DNA from: Eubacteriales bacterium | GTDB lineage: Bacteria; Bacillota; Clostridia; Oscillospirales; CAG-272 | Assembly: GCA_045649645.1 (NCBI GenBank) | Contig: JAZRQH010000172.1 | Span: 32,214-96,213 of the forward strand | DNA: 64,000 nucleotides | Direction of reading: 5' to 3' | Shown here: positions 18,409 through 27,970 of the stretch, piece after piece | Position numbering within the stretch: the first letter of the stretch is position 1 | Layout of the letters: the number at the start of each line of letters is the position of its first letter | Program-made: the position numbers and the translations under genes | The notes under the pieces: model-generated | The model's input: the letters and a program-made list of their open reading frames with translations, nothing else | Told to the model about the DNA's origin: nothing | The model's database searches: none

Positions 18409-18504
18409 TTTTAATGTCCTCCTTCGGTTATTTCCACCACAGAAAGCCGCAATACCGTAGGTACACCGAAAGCATTTTCTGTGTGTGAATTCATAAGCCT
18501 AAAT

Positions 18505-18533
18505 ATAATATCACAACTTAATTATAAATGCAA
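18505..18533 (-). promoter_or_regulatory. Sigma-A promoter for rpsB-tsf (TTGCAT-N17-TATTAT)
   Basis: On the minus strand, TTGCAT at 18533..18528, a 17-nt spacer, and TATTAT at 18510..18505. This implies a leader of about 90 nt. Confidence 0.5.
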
Positions 18534-18570
18534 GAACTATTTTTATCATTTTTACGATTTAACACTTTGT

Positions 18571-18849
18571 TTACACATTGCCGCATCTGTCCTGGGGTTT
18601 GGTTTCACAGACCCTGCTTCTGAGGTCGACAAGGATAGTGTCATCTCCTATGCGTACGATACGTTCCCAGGGTATACGTATCTCATCACATCTGCCGAAT
18701 ATAAAGCCTCTTGATTCTCCGGGGACCATAATAGCCACAAGCCTGCCGTTACAAACGTCAATATCAACATCGGTAACGCAGCCGAGCTTGCGTCCGTCAT
18801 TTATATTTACAACATCCTTGTCGCGTAGATCATTAATACAACAGCCCAT
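18571..18849 (-). CDS. YlmC/YmxH family sporulation protein (PRC-barrel)
   Basis: The LRDKDVVNINDGRKLGCVTDVDIDVCNGRLVAIMVPG...IPWERIVRIGDDTILVD pattern is typical of YlmC/YmxH. Start set at the ATG 6 nt after GAGGG. Confidence 0.8.
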   Translation of the reverse strand: MGCCINDLRDKDVVNINDGRKLGCVTDVDIDVCNGRLVAIMVPGESRGFIFGRCDEIRIPWERIVRIGDDTILVDLRSRVCETKPQDRCGNV

Positions 18850-18878
18850 AATCATCCCTCAAATAAAATATGACAGTA

Positions 18879-19685
18879 TCACTGTACTGTCATATAATAT
18901 TCGATTAGACCCTTTGTTATACCCTGAGCCAACAGTATCCTATACCCTTCGTCGGCTAAAAGCATATCATCCTCCGGATTTGACATAAAGCCGCACTCCA
19001 CGAGAATGCAAGGCACCCTTGTCCAGTTGAATCCCGTCAGATCGTATCTTTTTATAAGCCCCTTGTTATCGGCTCCCGTTGATTCGATTAATGCGTCAAG
19101 GACGCATTGTCCTGCGTTTTCGGACGCGATTATTATATCGGCATCGTTTATGTATTGATTTTCACCTGGAACAAGGACCGATATTCCTTTGGCAGAGGTG
19201 TTCTCCGAGCCGTCGGCGTGTATACGTACGACTATATCACAGCCAAGATCGTTGGCGTACTGCGCCCTTCCAATGTTACTGAGAGTGGCGTTTTCGTCTG
19301 TTCTCGTCATATAAACGAGGGCACCCTTTTGCTCCAGCATATCCTTAAGGAGATATGCTGTCTTTAGGTTGAATTCAGCCTCGGTCTGATAAGAGCCCTC
19401 GGTACCCGAAACAAAGGCTGCTTTCGTCTCGCTCGAGCCGGGTCCTATGGGTTCTTTGTAGGACTCGCTGAATTTACCGTGTCCGGGATCGATACAGATC
19501 ACCTTACCCTCAAGCTCCCTTATCACGACGGGAGCAGTTTCGGTTGTCTCGGTCGTATCGACGCTCTCGACGGTTTCGGGAGGTGCGTCGGGCAACCTGA
19601 CAACGTTTTCATCTTCAAAGTCTTGCTTTTGGCAGGATGCAAGCATAAGCAGGAGCACCATTAAGAGAAATAGTCTTTTTACCAT
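18879..19685 (-). CDS. N-acetylmuramoyl-L-alanine amidase (Amidase_3, CwlD/AmiC-like) lipoprotein
   Basis: Signal peptide with lipobox (LLLMLASC). Has ICIDPGHG, RIHADG and ILVECGFMSNPED, the Amidase_3 zinc-ligand blocks. The ATG overlaps the upstream stop (ATGGTAA). Confidence 0.8.
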   Translation of the reverse strand: MVKRLFLLMVLLLMLASCQKQDFEDENVVRLPDAPPETVESVDTTETTETAPVVIRELEGKVICIDPGHGKFSESYKEPIGPGSSETKAAFVSGTEGSYQTEAEFNLKTAYLLKDMLEQKGALVYMTRTDENATLSNIGRAQYANDLGCDIVVRIHADGSENTSAKGISVLVPGENQYINDADIIIASENAGQCVLDALIESTGADNKGLIKRYDLTGFNWTRVPCILVECGFMSNPEDDMLLADEGYRILLAQGITKGLIEYYMTVQ

Positions 19686-21391
19686 GTGACTTCCTTGGGT
19701 CTGAGGGGATCCCACACCTCTTCGGTGTCAAAGAGGTACATGTATTTATCACGCCTGTTACGTAAAGAATATCCGTCAAGTGCCTTACGGTCCATAAATA
19801 TTCCCAAGCCGTCAGGCTCTTTTGCAACGAAGGGCTTGATACCTACGCCACAGAAAAGTCTGAAGCCTGAATCATAAAGATACTTATGAGCTTCGCCCTC
19901 GCGGATAAACGCACCATAGGGCCATACCATTATTTTCGTCTCACCGATAATGGGTGTTACCTCAGCGATCCATTTATCAGTGTCCTCTTTGATGTACTCA
20001 AGATCCTTCTGAGGCATCTGAGCGTGACCGTAGCTGTGGCTTGCAAAGGTCCAGCCCTCATCCCGTAAAGCCTGAGCCACGAGCAGGGCCTGCTCCTTTT
20101 CATATGCCGGATCGACATCCTCCTTGGGATCCTTCTGGGTTCTGTAACCGAACACTCCGTCAAAGCCCGTGTGGCACAGTGTACCTCTTGCGCCCTGGAA
20201 TGTAAAATCAGGATGCTGTCTTACAAACTCATCTATTATGGGGAAGCACTCATTTTCGTAGGAGATGACCTCGGTGCCATCCTCGTGCATTGTGTAGGTA
20301 CAAACTCTACCGTTGTCATCTACGATAAGCTTATCCACCATACCAGTATGCATCTTGCGTGAATCGTAGGTAACGTCATCCACAGAGAACACAAAGGGAG
20401 TTTTACCACGGGGGATCTTTACCTCGCCTATCTCAACACCGTTTTCGGTTTCGTTGATAAGCATATTGATATCGATAAGGATATAGTCCTTTTCGTACAG
20501 CGCATTGAGTATCTTTGTAAACTCACTTGGAGTAACGCAATCCTCATCAAGACTGGCGGTCATAGAGGGGCTGGAATAACAAAGCTCGGGATAGGCAATA
20601 AGACAGTGTGTAAAGAGATGCTCCACGGGACCGTTAAAGGTAACGAGGTCTGTCTGCTCAGTATAATATGATTCAATTCTGTCTTTTTCGTTTGTGATAA
20701 AATCAGAATCTCCAAGCTTTGATGAAAGAGATTCAACGTAAGCTCTCGCTCCGTCTATATCGAACTTGCAAAGATATTCATTCACCCTGTAGCTGATGCC
20801 GTCTCTCGCGTCAACCTCTATCTCCTTAGCCTTTTCAAGAGCGGTTTTATAATTTAAAGTATCGGCTTCTTCGACAGAAATATAAGCGGATAATGCACCG
20901 ACAAGATCGCCTGCGATCTTAAGATCCTTTGCGGACTCGTATAACCTTCTACCCTGCTCTATCTTATCAATATCGGTTCTCTTGGCAGTGGTTATATCGT
21001 TAGCGTTTGAAAGCTGCGAAAAAGCGTTGATAACGTTGATGGCCTTATTATATTCAAGATCTCCCTTTCGATAGCTGTCATAAGCCTTGGTGAGAGTTGA
21101 ATCAACGCTGCTCTCAACCTTTTCCCATTTGCCGTCAAGGGCCATCTCGGATTTGGAAAGAATATAATCGGGTGAGTTAAGGCTGTTATTATAAATACCC
21201 TGTACAGCCGCACCGAAGGAGGAATGACCGCCTCCGAGCACTTTAGCAAAGCCGAAAATGCACAAAAAAACAAGAGCAGCCAACACTCCGCCGATTATTG
21301 CGGCGTTGTATATGCGTTTTTTGTCGTTCTTTAAATTTTTCTTATATATTTCACGAGCCTTATCAGCGTTATAAATAACTCTATTCTGCAT
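19679..21391 (-). CDS. Membrane-anchored polysaccharide deacetylase-like protein (NodB-type C-terminal domain, helical N-terminal region)
   Basis: One N-terminal TM helix. The C-terminal half has FVFSVDDVTYD (a DD motif), FASHSYGH (an HxxxH motif) and MVWPYG, which resemble NodB motifs 1-3. Confidence 0.6.
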   Translation of the reverse strand: MQNRVIYNADKAREIYKKNLKNDKKRIYNAAIIGGVLAALVFLCIFGFAKVLGGGHSSFGAAVQGIYNNSLNSPDYILSKSEMALDGKWEKVESSVDSTLTKAYDSYRKGDLEYNKAINVINAFSQLSNANDITTAKRTDIDKIEQGRRLYESAKDLKIAGDLVGALSAYISVEEADTLNYKTALEKAKEIEVDARDGISYRVNEYLCKFDIDGARAYVESLSSKLGDSDFITNEKDRIESYYTEQTDLVTFNGPVEHLFTHCLIAYPELCYSSPSMTASLDEDCVTPSEFTKILNALYEKDYILIDINMLINETENGVEIGEVKIPRGKTPFVFSVDDVTYDSRKMHTGMVDKLIVDDNGRVCTYTMHEDGTEVISYENECFPIIDEFVRQHPDFTFQGARGTLCHTGFDGVFGYRTQKDPKEDVDPAYEKEQALLVAQALRDEGWTFASHSYGHAQMPQKDLEYIKEDTDKWIAEVTPIIGETKIMVWPYGAFIREGEAHKYLYDSGFRLFCGVGIKPFVAKEPDGLGIFMDRKALDGYSLRNRRDKYMYLFDTEEVWDPLRPKEVTW

Positions 21392-21470
21392 ATTAACCTC
21401 ACAATAATCTTTATATAATTATGATATCAAACTGTTTTTCTTTTGTCAACAAATTTCGTCACACTTTTCA

Positions 21471-21499
21471 TTGCTTTTTTTAGTAAGGTGTGATATAAT
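21471..21499 (+). promoter_or_regulatory. Sigma-A promoter for aldo/keto reductase gene (TTGCTT-N17-TATAAT, TG-extended)
   Basis: TTGCTT at 21471..21476 and TGATATAAT at 21491..21499. Confidence 0.45.
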
Positions 21500-21524
21500 C
21501 ACCATAACGAAAGGAGAGATGATT

Positions 21525-22460
21525 ATGAAAACAATAGATATCGGAAAACAGAACTTTAACGCAAGTGAGCTTATCCTCGGTTGTATGCGAATAAACGCCC
21601 TCAACGTTGACGAAGCAGATCATCTTATAATGAACGCCTTTAATGCCGGAATTAATATTTTTGACCATTCTGACATTTACGGCGGCGGAAGATGCGAGGA
21701 GCTCTTCGGCGAGGTTATGGAGAACCACAAGGATCTTCGTGACAAGATGATAATTCAGTCCAAATGCGGAATCGTCAAAAATTCCAACGGAGCAATAACA
21801 CATTTCGATTTCTCCCGCGATCATATTATTGAGTCGGTCGAAAACTCCCTGCGCAGACTGAAGGTAGACTACCTTGACTCTCTTCTCCTTCACCGCCCCG
21901 ATACGCTTATGGAGCCGGAAGAGGTGGCAGAAGCCTTTGATATACTGTATACCGGCGGCAAGGTTAAGCATTTCGGCGTCAGCAACCAGAACGTAAGACA
22001 GATAGAGCTTCTCAAGACCTATGTAAAGCAGCCACTCTGTATCAACCAGCTTCAGATGAGTATCGCAGAGTGCGGTATGATAGCACAGGGGCTTAACACC
22101 AATATGACAAACAAGCTGTCTGTTATGCACGAGGACGGAATTCTTGAATATTCCAGAATCAATAATATGACCATCCAGGCTTGGTCTCCCTTCCAGGTAG
22201 GTTTCTTCGAGGGAACCTTTATCGATAATCCCGCATTCCCCGAACTCAATGCATGTCTTGAAAATTACGCCGACAAATTCGGCGTAGCAAAGACTGCAGT
22301 TGCCGTTGCATGGATCCTTCGTCATCCCGCAAAAATGCAGGTTATCGTCGGAACCACAAATTACCGACACTTAAACGAGGTACTCGGTTTCGATAAAGTA
22401 GAGCTTAACCGCGAAGATTGGTACACCATCTACAGAGCCGCAGGACATACACTTCCGTAA
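21525..22460 (+). CDS. Aldo/keto reductase family oxidoreductase
   Basis: Has FDHSDIYGGG, LLLHRPD and KHFGVSN, typical AKR catalytic-tetrad context. Start set at the ATG after AAAGGAGAG. Confidence 0.88.
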   Translation: MKTIDIGKQNFNASELILGCMRINALNVDEADHLIMNAFNAGINIFDHSDIYGGGRCEELFGEVMENHKDLRDKMIIQSKCGIVKNSNGAITHFDFSRDHIIESVENSLRRLKVDYLDSLLLHRPDTLMEPEEVAEAFDILYTGGKVKHFGVSNQNVRQIELLKTYVKQPLCINQLQMSIAECGMIAQGLNTNMTNKLSVMHEDGILEYSRINNMTIQAWSPFQVGFFEGTFIDNPAFPELNACLENYADKFGVAKTAVAVAWILRHPAKMQVIVGTTNYRHLNEVLGFDKVELNREDWYTIYRAAGHTLP

Positions 22461-22470
22461 TGAAATAAGT

Positions 22471-22495
22471 AAGGCATAGCTTAACGCTATGCCTT
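22471..22495. terminator. Bidirectional terminator between the convergent AKR gene and comFC
   Basis: AAGGCATAGC-TTAAC-GCTATGCCTT followed by AAATTGTTTTT. The hairpin's last two bases overlap the comFC stop codon. Confidence 0.65.
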
Positions 22496-23225
22496 AAATT
22501 GTTTTTGCTACGGTAAAGAGGATCACTCGCTTGGCACCCTTCTGCTTAAGAAGTCCTGCACAGCGGGTCGAAGTTGCACCTGTGGTCAGTACGTCGTCAA
22601 CGAGGATCACATTCTTGTCCTTGAGCACCTTACCTGCTCCATTGACTATATGATAGCTCTTTTCCGCATTCTTCAATCTTTGCGTCTGACCGAGCTTCTT
22701 CTGATTTGAAGATCCTTCGTGTACCAGCACGTGAGCTGTTTCAAGTCCGGTCAGTATGCCTAATTCTTTTGCGATATTTAAGGATTGATCATGTCCGTAT
22801 TTACGTATATTGGCAGGGCTTCTGGGTACGTAGGCTATGATGAGATTGTTATAATCGATCCTTGTGTAGAGCTCGTTATACATATCTTTAGCAATTGTTT
22901 TGAAAACGATATCTCTATTATAGTTTTTCATATAATATAGCAAGCTCTTAATGACGGTATTAGCAGTCTTGTCGTACTGAACAAGATGATACTCACCTGT
23001 TATATGTGATTCTTTATCCAACGGAACACCGCACCAGCAATCCTTAATGCGCTGTCCACAACGGTAACAGATCTCCTTCTTGTGCTTTTCCCACTTAGCT
23101 CTGCAATCAGGACAGAAGGCGTCGGTTGCATTAAGAGGTATCACTTCCGAGCAACCGGGACAACGGGGCGGAAAGAAAATATCAAGTAGCTTGCTTGTCA
23201 CTCTTCTGAAATTGCTGTCAACCAT
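22494..23225 (-). CDS. comFC: ComF family protein (ComFC-like phosphoribosyltransferase-fold, N-terminal zinc finger)
   Basis: CPGC...CPDC...CYRCG cysteine pairs, followed by the PRTase loop VILVDDVLTTGAT. Confidence 0.8.
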   Translation of the reverse strand: MVDSNFRRVTSKLLDIFFPPRCPGCSEVIPLNATDAFCPDCRAKWEKHKKEICYRCGQRIKDCWCGVPLDKESHITGEYHLVQYDKTANTVIKSLLYYMKNYNRDIVFKTIAKDMYNELYTRIDYNNLIIAYVPRSPANIRKYGHDQSLNIAKELGILTGLETAHVLVHEGSSNQKKLGQTQRLKNAEKSYHIVNGAGKVLKDKNVILVDDVLTTGATSTRCAGLLKQKGAKRVILFTVAKTI

Positions 23226-25423
23226 TCTCTTAGACCCGTATATCTCAATGCCCTTCTGTTGTTGTCAACCATACCGCAAACCACGTCGCCTCTGCCTACA
23301 ACTATAACCATCTGCTGAGCTCTCGTTACAGCAGTATAAAGAAGGTTACGGGTAAGCAGTTTGGGTGAATAGCTATAAGAAGGTATTATAACCACAGGGT
23401 ATTCACTTCCCTGGCTCTTATGGATAGTGATTGCATATGCGTGTTCAAGCTCATCAAGCTGAGTAAAATCATATACCACTTCCCTGCCGTCAAAATCAAC
23501 GGTAACGGTCTCTTCGCCCGGATCTATCTTTTTTATAATCCCGATATCACCGTTAAATACACCGACGCCCGACATAACGCCCTTTGTCCATTCGATATCG
23601 TAGTTGTTCCGTATCTGCATTATCTTATCCCCTTCACGGAAGATGACGTCACGGACGTTCTTCTGATTTCTGCCGCTTTTTTTAGGATTTAATGAGTTCT
23701 GAAGTACGGAATTCAATATGGCAGTTCCTGCAGCACCCTTGTGTGAGGGTGTTATCACCTGTATTCCGTCCTTTATCTCAGAACCGTAGGTCCTCGGGAG
23801 CCTGTTAGAACAAAGATCGGCTATAGTTTTAGCTATATCCTCATCATTGCGCCTGATAAAGAAGAAATCACTTGACTTTGTTTCAAGATCGGGATATTCT
23901 CCCGAATTGATAAGATGAGCGTTGGTTATTATAAGGCTTTCTTTTGCCTGTCGGAATATCTCCTTAAGCTTAACGCAAGAGAATACGTCTGACTCTATAA
24001 GGTCGTTCAGAACGTTGCCTGCACCGACCGAAGGAAGCTGATCTGCGTCACCGATAAGTATAAGCCTTGCGGCAGGTTTCATAGCTTTTAACAGTGCTTC
24101 GAGAAGAAATATATCGACCATCGAAGCCTCGTCTACGATAATAACATCCTCTTCAAGAAGATTCTTATCATCCCGTCTGAACACAGGCTCGTTTTCCTTT
24201 GAAAAATCCATCTCAAGTAAACGGTGAATAGTCTTTGCTTCGCATTGTGTAGCCTCAGACATACGCTTTGCTGCTCTGCCGGTAGGAGCGCAAAGAACTA
24301 TCTTATACGCCATATCGTCAAGAATTCGCATAACACCCTTGATGATGGTAGTCTTACCCGTACCCGGACCGCCGGTAAGAACGAAAACTCCGCTGTTTAC
24401 CGCGCAGGTGATCGCCTTGCGCTGCATGGTTGCGTATTCGATATCCTCTGTTGTTTCAATACGCTGTATAAACTTATCAATATCGTTAAGCTCTATTCTC
24501 GGACACATACGATCGAGGTTATAGAGCTTTTTTGTTATATACTGCTCTGCATCATAGTATTTCTTGAGGTAGACGCAGGTCTTCCTTGACATCTCCACAA
24601 AGTATATCTCACCCTCGTTTTTAAGCAGTTCAAGACACCTTTCAACAATATCTTCATCAACCGACAATGTCTGAACAAGTGCCGGGATAAGCTTAGCCAA
24701 GGGTATATAGCAATGTCCGTTCTGTACACCGTTAAGATTGATAAAATATTTTATACCGCTCTTAACACGGCTTTCTGTGTTGTTGATACCTAGACTTTTT
24801 GCCACCGAGTCTGCTTTAGCGAAGCTGATGCCGTATATCTCCTCGCAGAGAATATAGGGATCCTGCTTTATCATATCAACTGCGGCAACTCCCCATTTGC
24901 GGTATATACGTACCGATATCATAGGTCCGAAAAACTCACGGCAGAACATCATTACGGTTCTTATACCGAACTGAGTTTTAAAGCTATCGCAGATTTCTTT
25001 GGCTTTCTTCTCAGAAATACCGTTGATCTCAGCAAGCCAGTCCGGATGATTTTCCAGAACGTCGAATGTATCCTCCCCGAACTTATCTACAATCCTGCGA
25101 GCGGTAACCGCGCCGATACCCTTCACCGTTCTGGAGGAAAGGTATCGGTAGATCGCTTCGGTGCTTGAGGGAAGCTGCTTTTCGTAGAACTCCACTCTGA
25201 ACTGCTTACCGAAACTTTGGTGTAACTGCCAATTGCCGAGGGCTTTAATAATTTCACCCTCGGCTAAATATGGCATAATGCCCACTATTGTATACAATTC
25301 AGCTTCTCCGACCGCAATGTCGCAAACGGTATAGCCGGTTTCTTCGTTAGTATAAACGATATGCTCGACAGTACCGACGATCTCTACGTACTCTGCGTCG
25401 TAATCTTTTTGCATATCAAGCAT
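23198..25423 (-). CDS. recD2: SF1B ATP-dependent RecD-like DNA helicase (RecD2)
   Basis: 741 aa. Has Walker [10 protein letters not shown], the [11 protein letters not shown] motif and the C-terminal LLYTAVTRA motif, with the N-terminal OB/HhH region typical of RecD2. Confidence 0.9.
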   Translation of the reverse strand: MLDMQKDYDAEYVEIVGTVEHIVYTNEETGYTVCDIAVGEAELYTIVGIMPYLAEGEIIKALGNWQLHQSFGKQFRVEFYEKQLPSSTEAIYRYLSSRTVKGIGAVTARRIVDKFGEDTFDVLENHPDWLAEINGISEKKAKEICDSFKTQFGIRTVMMFCREFFGPMISVRIYRKWGVAAVDMIKQDPYILCEEIYGISFAKADSVAKSLGINNTESRVKSGIKYFINLNGVQNGHCYIPLAKLIPALVQTLSVDEDIVERCLELLKNEGEIYFVEMSRKTCVYLKKYYDAEQYITKKLYNLDRMCPRIELNDIDKFIQRIETTEDIEYATMQRKAITCAVNSGVFVLTGGPGTGKTTIIKGVMRILDDMAYKIVLCAPTGRAAKRMSEATQCEAKTIHRLLEMDFSKENEPVFRRDDKNLLEEDVIIVDEASMVDIFLLEALLKAMKPAARLILIGDADQLPSVGAGNVLNDLIESDVFSCVKLKEIFRQAKESLIITNAHLINSGEYPDLETKSSDFFFIRRNDEDIAKTIADLCSNRLPRTYGSEIKDGIQVITPSHKGAAGTAILNSVLQNSLNPKKSGRNQKNVRDVIFREGDKIMQIRNNYDIEWTKGVMSGVGVFNGDIGIIKKIDPGEETVTVDFDGREVVYDFTQLDELEHAYAITIHKSQGSEYPVVIIPSYSYSPKLLTRNLLYTAVTRAQQMVIVVGRGDVVCGMVDNNRRALRYTGLREWLTAISEE

Positions 25424-26606
25424 TAATATTTTCTAAAAGATCCTTTGTAAGGTCAAGTGATTCCCAAGGAAGATCTATATCTTCTCTGCCCATATGTCCG
25501 TATGCTGCGGTCTGACGATAGATGGGACGGCGAAGTCCGAATCTCTCGATAATCGCAGCAGGACGAAGATCGATAGACTTCTTAACAGCCTCTGCGATGG
25601 CAGCTTCGTCTACCTTTGCTGTACCGAAGGTTTCAACGAGCAGAGATACGGGATGAGCTACGCCGATAGCATATGCGATCTGTACCTCACACTTATCCGC
25701 AAGACCTGCGTTAACAACGTTCTTAGCGATATAACGCGCAGCATATGCAGCACTGCGGTCAACCTTTGTGGGGTCCTTACCCGAGAACGCACCGCCGCCG
25801 TGACGGGAATAACCGCCGTAGGTATCTACAATGATCTTTCTGCCTGTAAGACCGGAGTCACCCATAGGACCGCCGATAACAAATCTGCCGGTGGGATTAA
25901 CGTATATCTTAGTGTTTTCATCCATAAAATCAGCAGGAATAGTAGCCTTGATGACCTTATTGATCATATCCTCGCGGATCTGCTCAAGAGTAACGTCATC
26001 ATCATGCTGTGTAGACAGAACTACGGTGTCAACTCTTTCGGGCTTACCGTTGACGTATTCAATGGTGACCTGAGACTTACCGTCGGGACGAAGGTAAGTG
26101 AGCTCGCCGGATTTTCTTACGTCTGTAAGCTTTCTTGCAAGCTTGTGTGCAAGGGATATGGGCATAGGCATGAGCTCGGGAGTTTCGTTTGAGGCAAAGC
26201 CGAACATCATACCCTGGTCACCTGCGCCTGTGTCGTATCGGTCTGCCATTTCGCCGCTCTTAGCTTCAAGTGCCTTATCAACACCCATAGCGATATCAGG
26301 AGACTGCTTGTGGATCATATTGATGATAGCGCAGGTTTCAGCATCAAAGCCGTACTTAGCGCGGTTATAGCCAATGTCGTTTACAACGTCACGGATAATG
26401 GTCTGAAAATCAACCTGAGCCTTAGTGGTGATCTCACCCATTACGGTTACAACGCCTGTAGTAGTTGTTGTTTCGCAAGCAACACGGGACATAGGATCCT
26501 GACGGAGCATTTCGTCAAGTATTGCATCGGAAATGCAATCGCACATTTTATCGGGATGTCCTTCTGTAACAGACTCGGAGGTGAAATAAGTAATTATATC
26601 CTTCAT
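25416..26606 (-). CDS. metK: S-adenosylmethionine synthetase
   Basis: [36 protein letters not shown] and [16 protein letters not shown] motifs. Start set at MKDIITYF, downstream of the riboswitch. Confidence 0.96.
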   Translation of the reverse strand: MKDIITYFTSESVTEGHPDKMCDCISDAILDEMLRQDPMSRVACETTTTTGVVTVMGEITTKAQVDFQTIIRDVVNDIGYNRAKYGFDAETCAIINMIHKQSPDIAMGVDKALEAKSGEMADRYDTGAGDQGMMFGFASNETPELMPMPISLAHKLARKLTDVRKSGELTYLRPDGKSQVTIEYVNGKPERVDTVVLSTQHDDDVTLEQIREDMINKVIKATIPADFMDENTKIYVNPTGRFVIGGPMGDSGLTGRKIIVDTYGGYSRHGGGAFSGKDPTKVDRSAAYAARYIAKNVVNAGLADKCEVQIAYAIGVAHPVSLLVETFGTAKVDEAAIAEAVKKSIDLRPAAIIERFGLRRPIYRQTAAYGHMGREDIDLPWESLDLTKDLLENINA

Positions 26607-26622
26607 TTTGTACTTCCTTTCT

Positions 26623-26755
26623 AAACAAACAGCGTCTTGGGCAAACCCCAAGACGCTAAAGAACAATATCGCTCTCATCTCTCAGGATTTAGCACCTTGC
26701 ATATGCAGGTTGCCGGGCTTCATAGGGCCAGTCCCTCCGCCGCTCTTGATAAGAT
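26623..26755 (-). promoter_or_regulatory. SAM-I (S-box) riboswitch with intrinsic terminator, controlling metK
   Basis: The minus strand reads CTTATCAAGAGCGGCGGAGGGACTGGCCCTATGAAGCCCGGCAACCTGCATATGCAAGGTGCTAAATCCTGAGAGATGAGAG, which matches the S-box core consensus. It is followed by the terminator AGCGTCTTGG-GGTTTGC-CCAAGACGCT plus GTTTGTTT. Confidence 0.9.
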
Positions 26756-26769
26756 ATTTTATTGCTTAC

Positions 26770-26798
26770 AGTATAACAAATATTTATGAATAATGCAA
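26770..26798 (-). promoter_or_regulatory. Sigma-A promoter for the metK riboswitch transcript (TTGCAT-N17-TATACT)
   Basis: On the minus strand, TTGCAT at 26798..26793, a 17-nt spacer, and TATACT at 26775..26770, about 15 nt upstream of the P1 helix. Confidence 0.5.
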
Positions 26799-26801
26799 TA
26801 A

Positions 26802-27965
26802 TTATTTTATAACATTTATTCTGATGATATCTTCGATAGAATTGATCTTTTCGATGATGGTTTCAGGTATCTCACCGAGGATCTCGATTACAGTATAAGC
26901 AAAGTTACCCTTGGAACCGCTTGCCATATTCTCTATGTTGATTCCCTCTTCAGATACGATACCGGTTATATTGGCGATGATGGCAGGAATATTCTTGTGC
27001 ATGATACAGATACGCGCATCACCGTCGTGACCGATAGAAATATTAGGATAGTTAACGCTGTTCTTGATGTTACCAGTCTTAAGGAACTCAACGAGCTGAT
27101 GAGCTGCCATAATAGCGCAGTTATCCTCAGATTCAGCAGTAGAAGCACCAAGATGAGGAATTGTTACGATACCGGGAGTATTGATAGTCTCCTCCGTGGG
27201 GAAATCTACAACATATCTCTTGACCTTACCGGAAGCGATAGCTGCCTTCATATCAGCCGCATTCACCAGATCAGCTCTGGAAAGATTGATGATGCGTACA
27301 CCGTCATTCATCTTAGCAAAGTTCTCTTCGCAGAACATACCCTTTGTTTCAGGAGTAGAAGGCACGTGAACAGAGATATAATCAGCGTGAGCGTATACCT
27401 CATCATAGCTTGCAGCCTTGCGGACAGATCTGGAAAGTCTCCATGCCTGTTCAACGGTAACGTAGGGGTCGTAGCCTATAACCTTCATGCCGAGATCATC
27501 TGCTACGTTAGCAACCATACCGCCGATAGCACCGAGACCAATAACGCCCAGAGTCTTGCCTGCAAGCTCGTTGCCTGCAAACTGAGACTTACCCTTCTCT
27601 ACCAGCTTAGCAACATTTTCCTGACCTGCAAGAGAATTAGCCCAGTTAACACCTCCGACAACATCGCGTGCAGCAAGCAGCAGCGCACAGATAGCAAGCT
27701 CCTTAACGCCGTTCGCGTTAGCACCGGGTGTGTTGAACACAACGATACCCTGCTCTGCACACTTTTCAACGGGGATATTGTTTACGCCTGCACCGCAACG
27801 TGCTATTGCCTTGAGCTCGGGAGCGAACTCCATGTCGTGCATAGCAGCGGAACGGACCATAATTGCATCGGGATTTTCTACGTCGTCAGCAACGTGATAC
27901 GCTTTCTTGTCAAAGATATCTGTGCCAACCTTAGCTATCTTATTTAAAAGTTTGATATTATACAT
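26802..27965 (-). CDS. serA: D-3-phosphoglycerate dehydrogenase (short form with C-terminal ACT domain)
   Basis: 2-hydroxyacid dehydrogenase fold (GVIGLGAIGGMVA, HVPSTPET) with an ACT-like tail. Adjacent to serC. Confidence 0.9.
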   Translation of the reverse strand: MYNIKLLNKIAKVGTDIFDKKAYHVADDVENPDAIMVRSAAMHDMEFAPELKAIARCGAGVNNIPVEKCAEQGIVVFNTPGANANGVKELAICALLLAARDVVGGVNWANSLAGQENVAKLVEKGKSQFAGNELAGKTLGVIGLGAIGGMVANVADDLGMKVIGYDPYVTVEQAWRLSRSVRKAASYDEVYAHADYISVHVPSTPETKGMFCEENFAKMNDGVRIINLSRADLVNAADMKAAIASGKVKRYVVDFPTEETINTPGIVTIPHLGASTAESEDNCAIMAAHQLVEFLKTGNIKNSVNYPNISIGHDGDARICIMHKNIPAIIANITGIVSEEGINIENMASGSKGNFAYTVIEILGEIPETIIEKINSIEDIIRINVIK

Positions 27966-27970
27966 TGTTA

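Noticed and set aside
26997-27947. 316-aa antisense ORF opposite serA. There are similar ones at 21480..22370 opposite the AKR gene, 29968..30762 opposite pfp, and 52987..53745 opposite murB.
   Set aside because: All lie entirely within confidently identified genes on the other strand, lack an RBS, and have composition typical of antisense translation.
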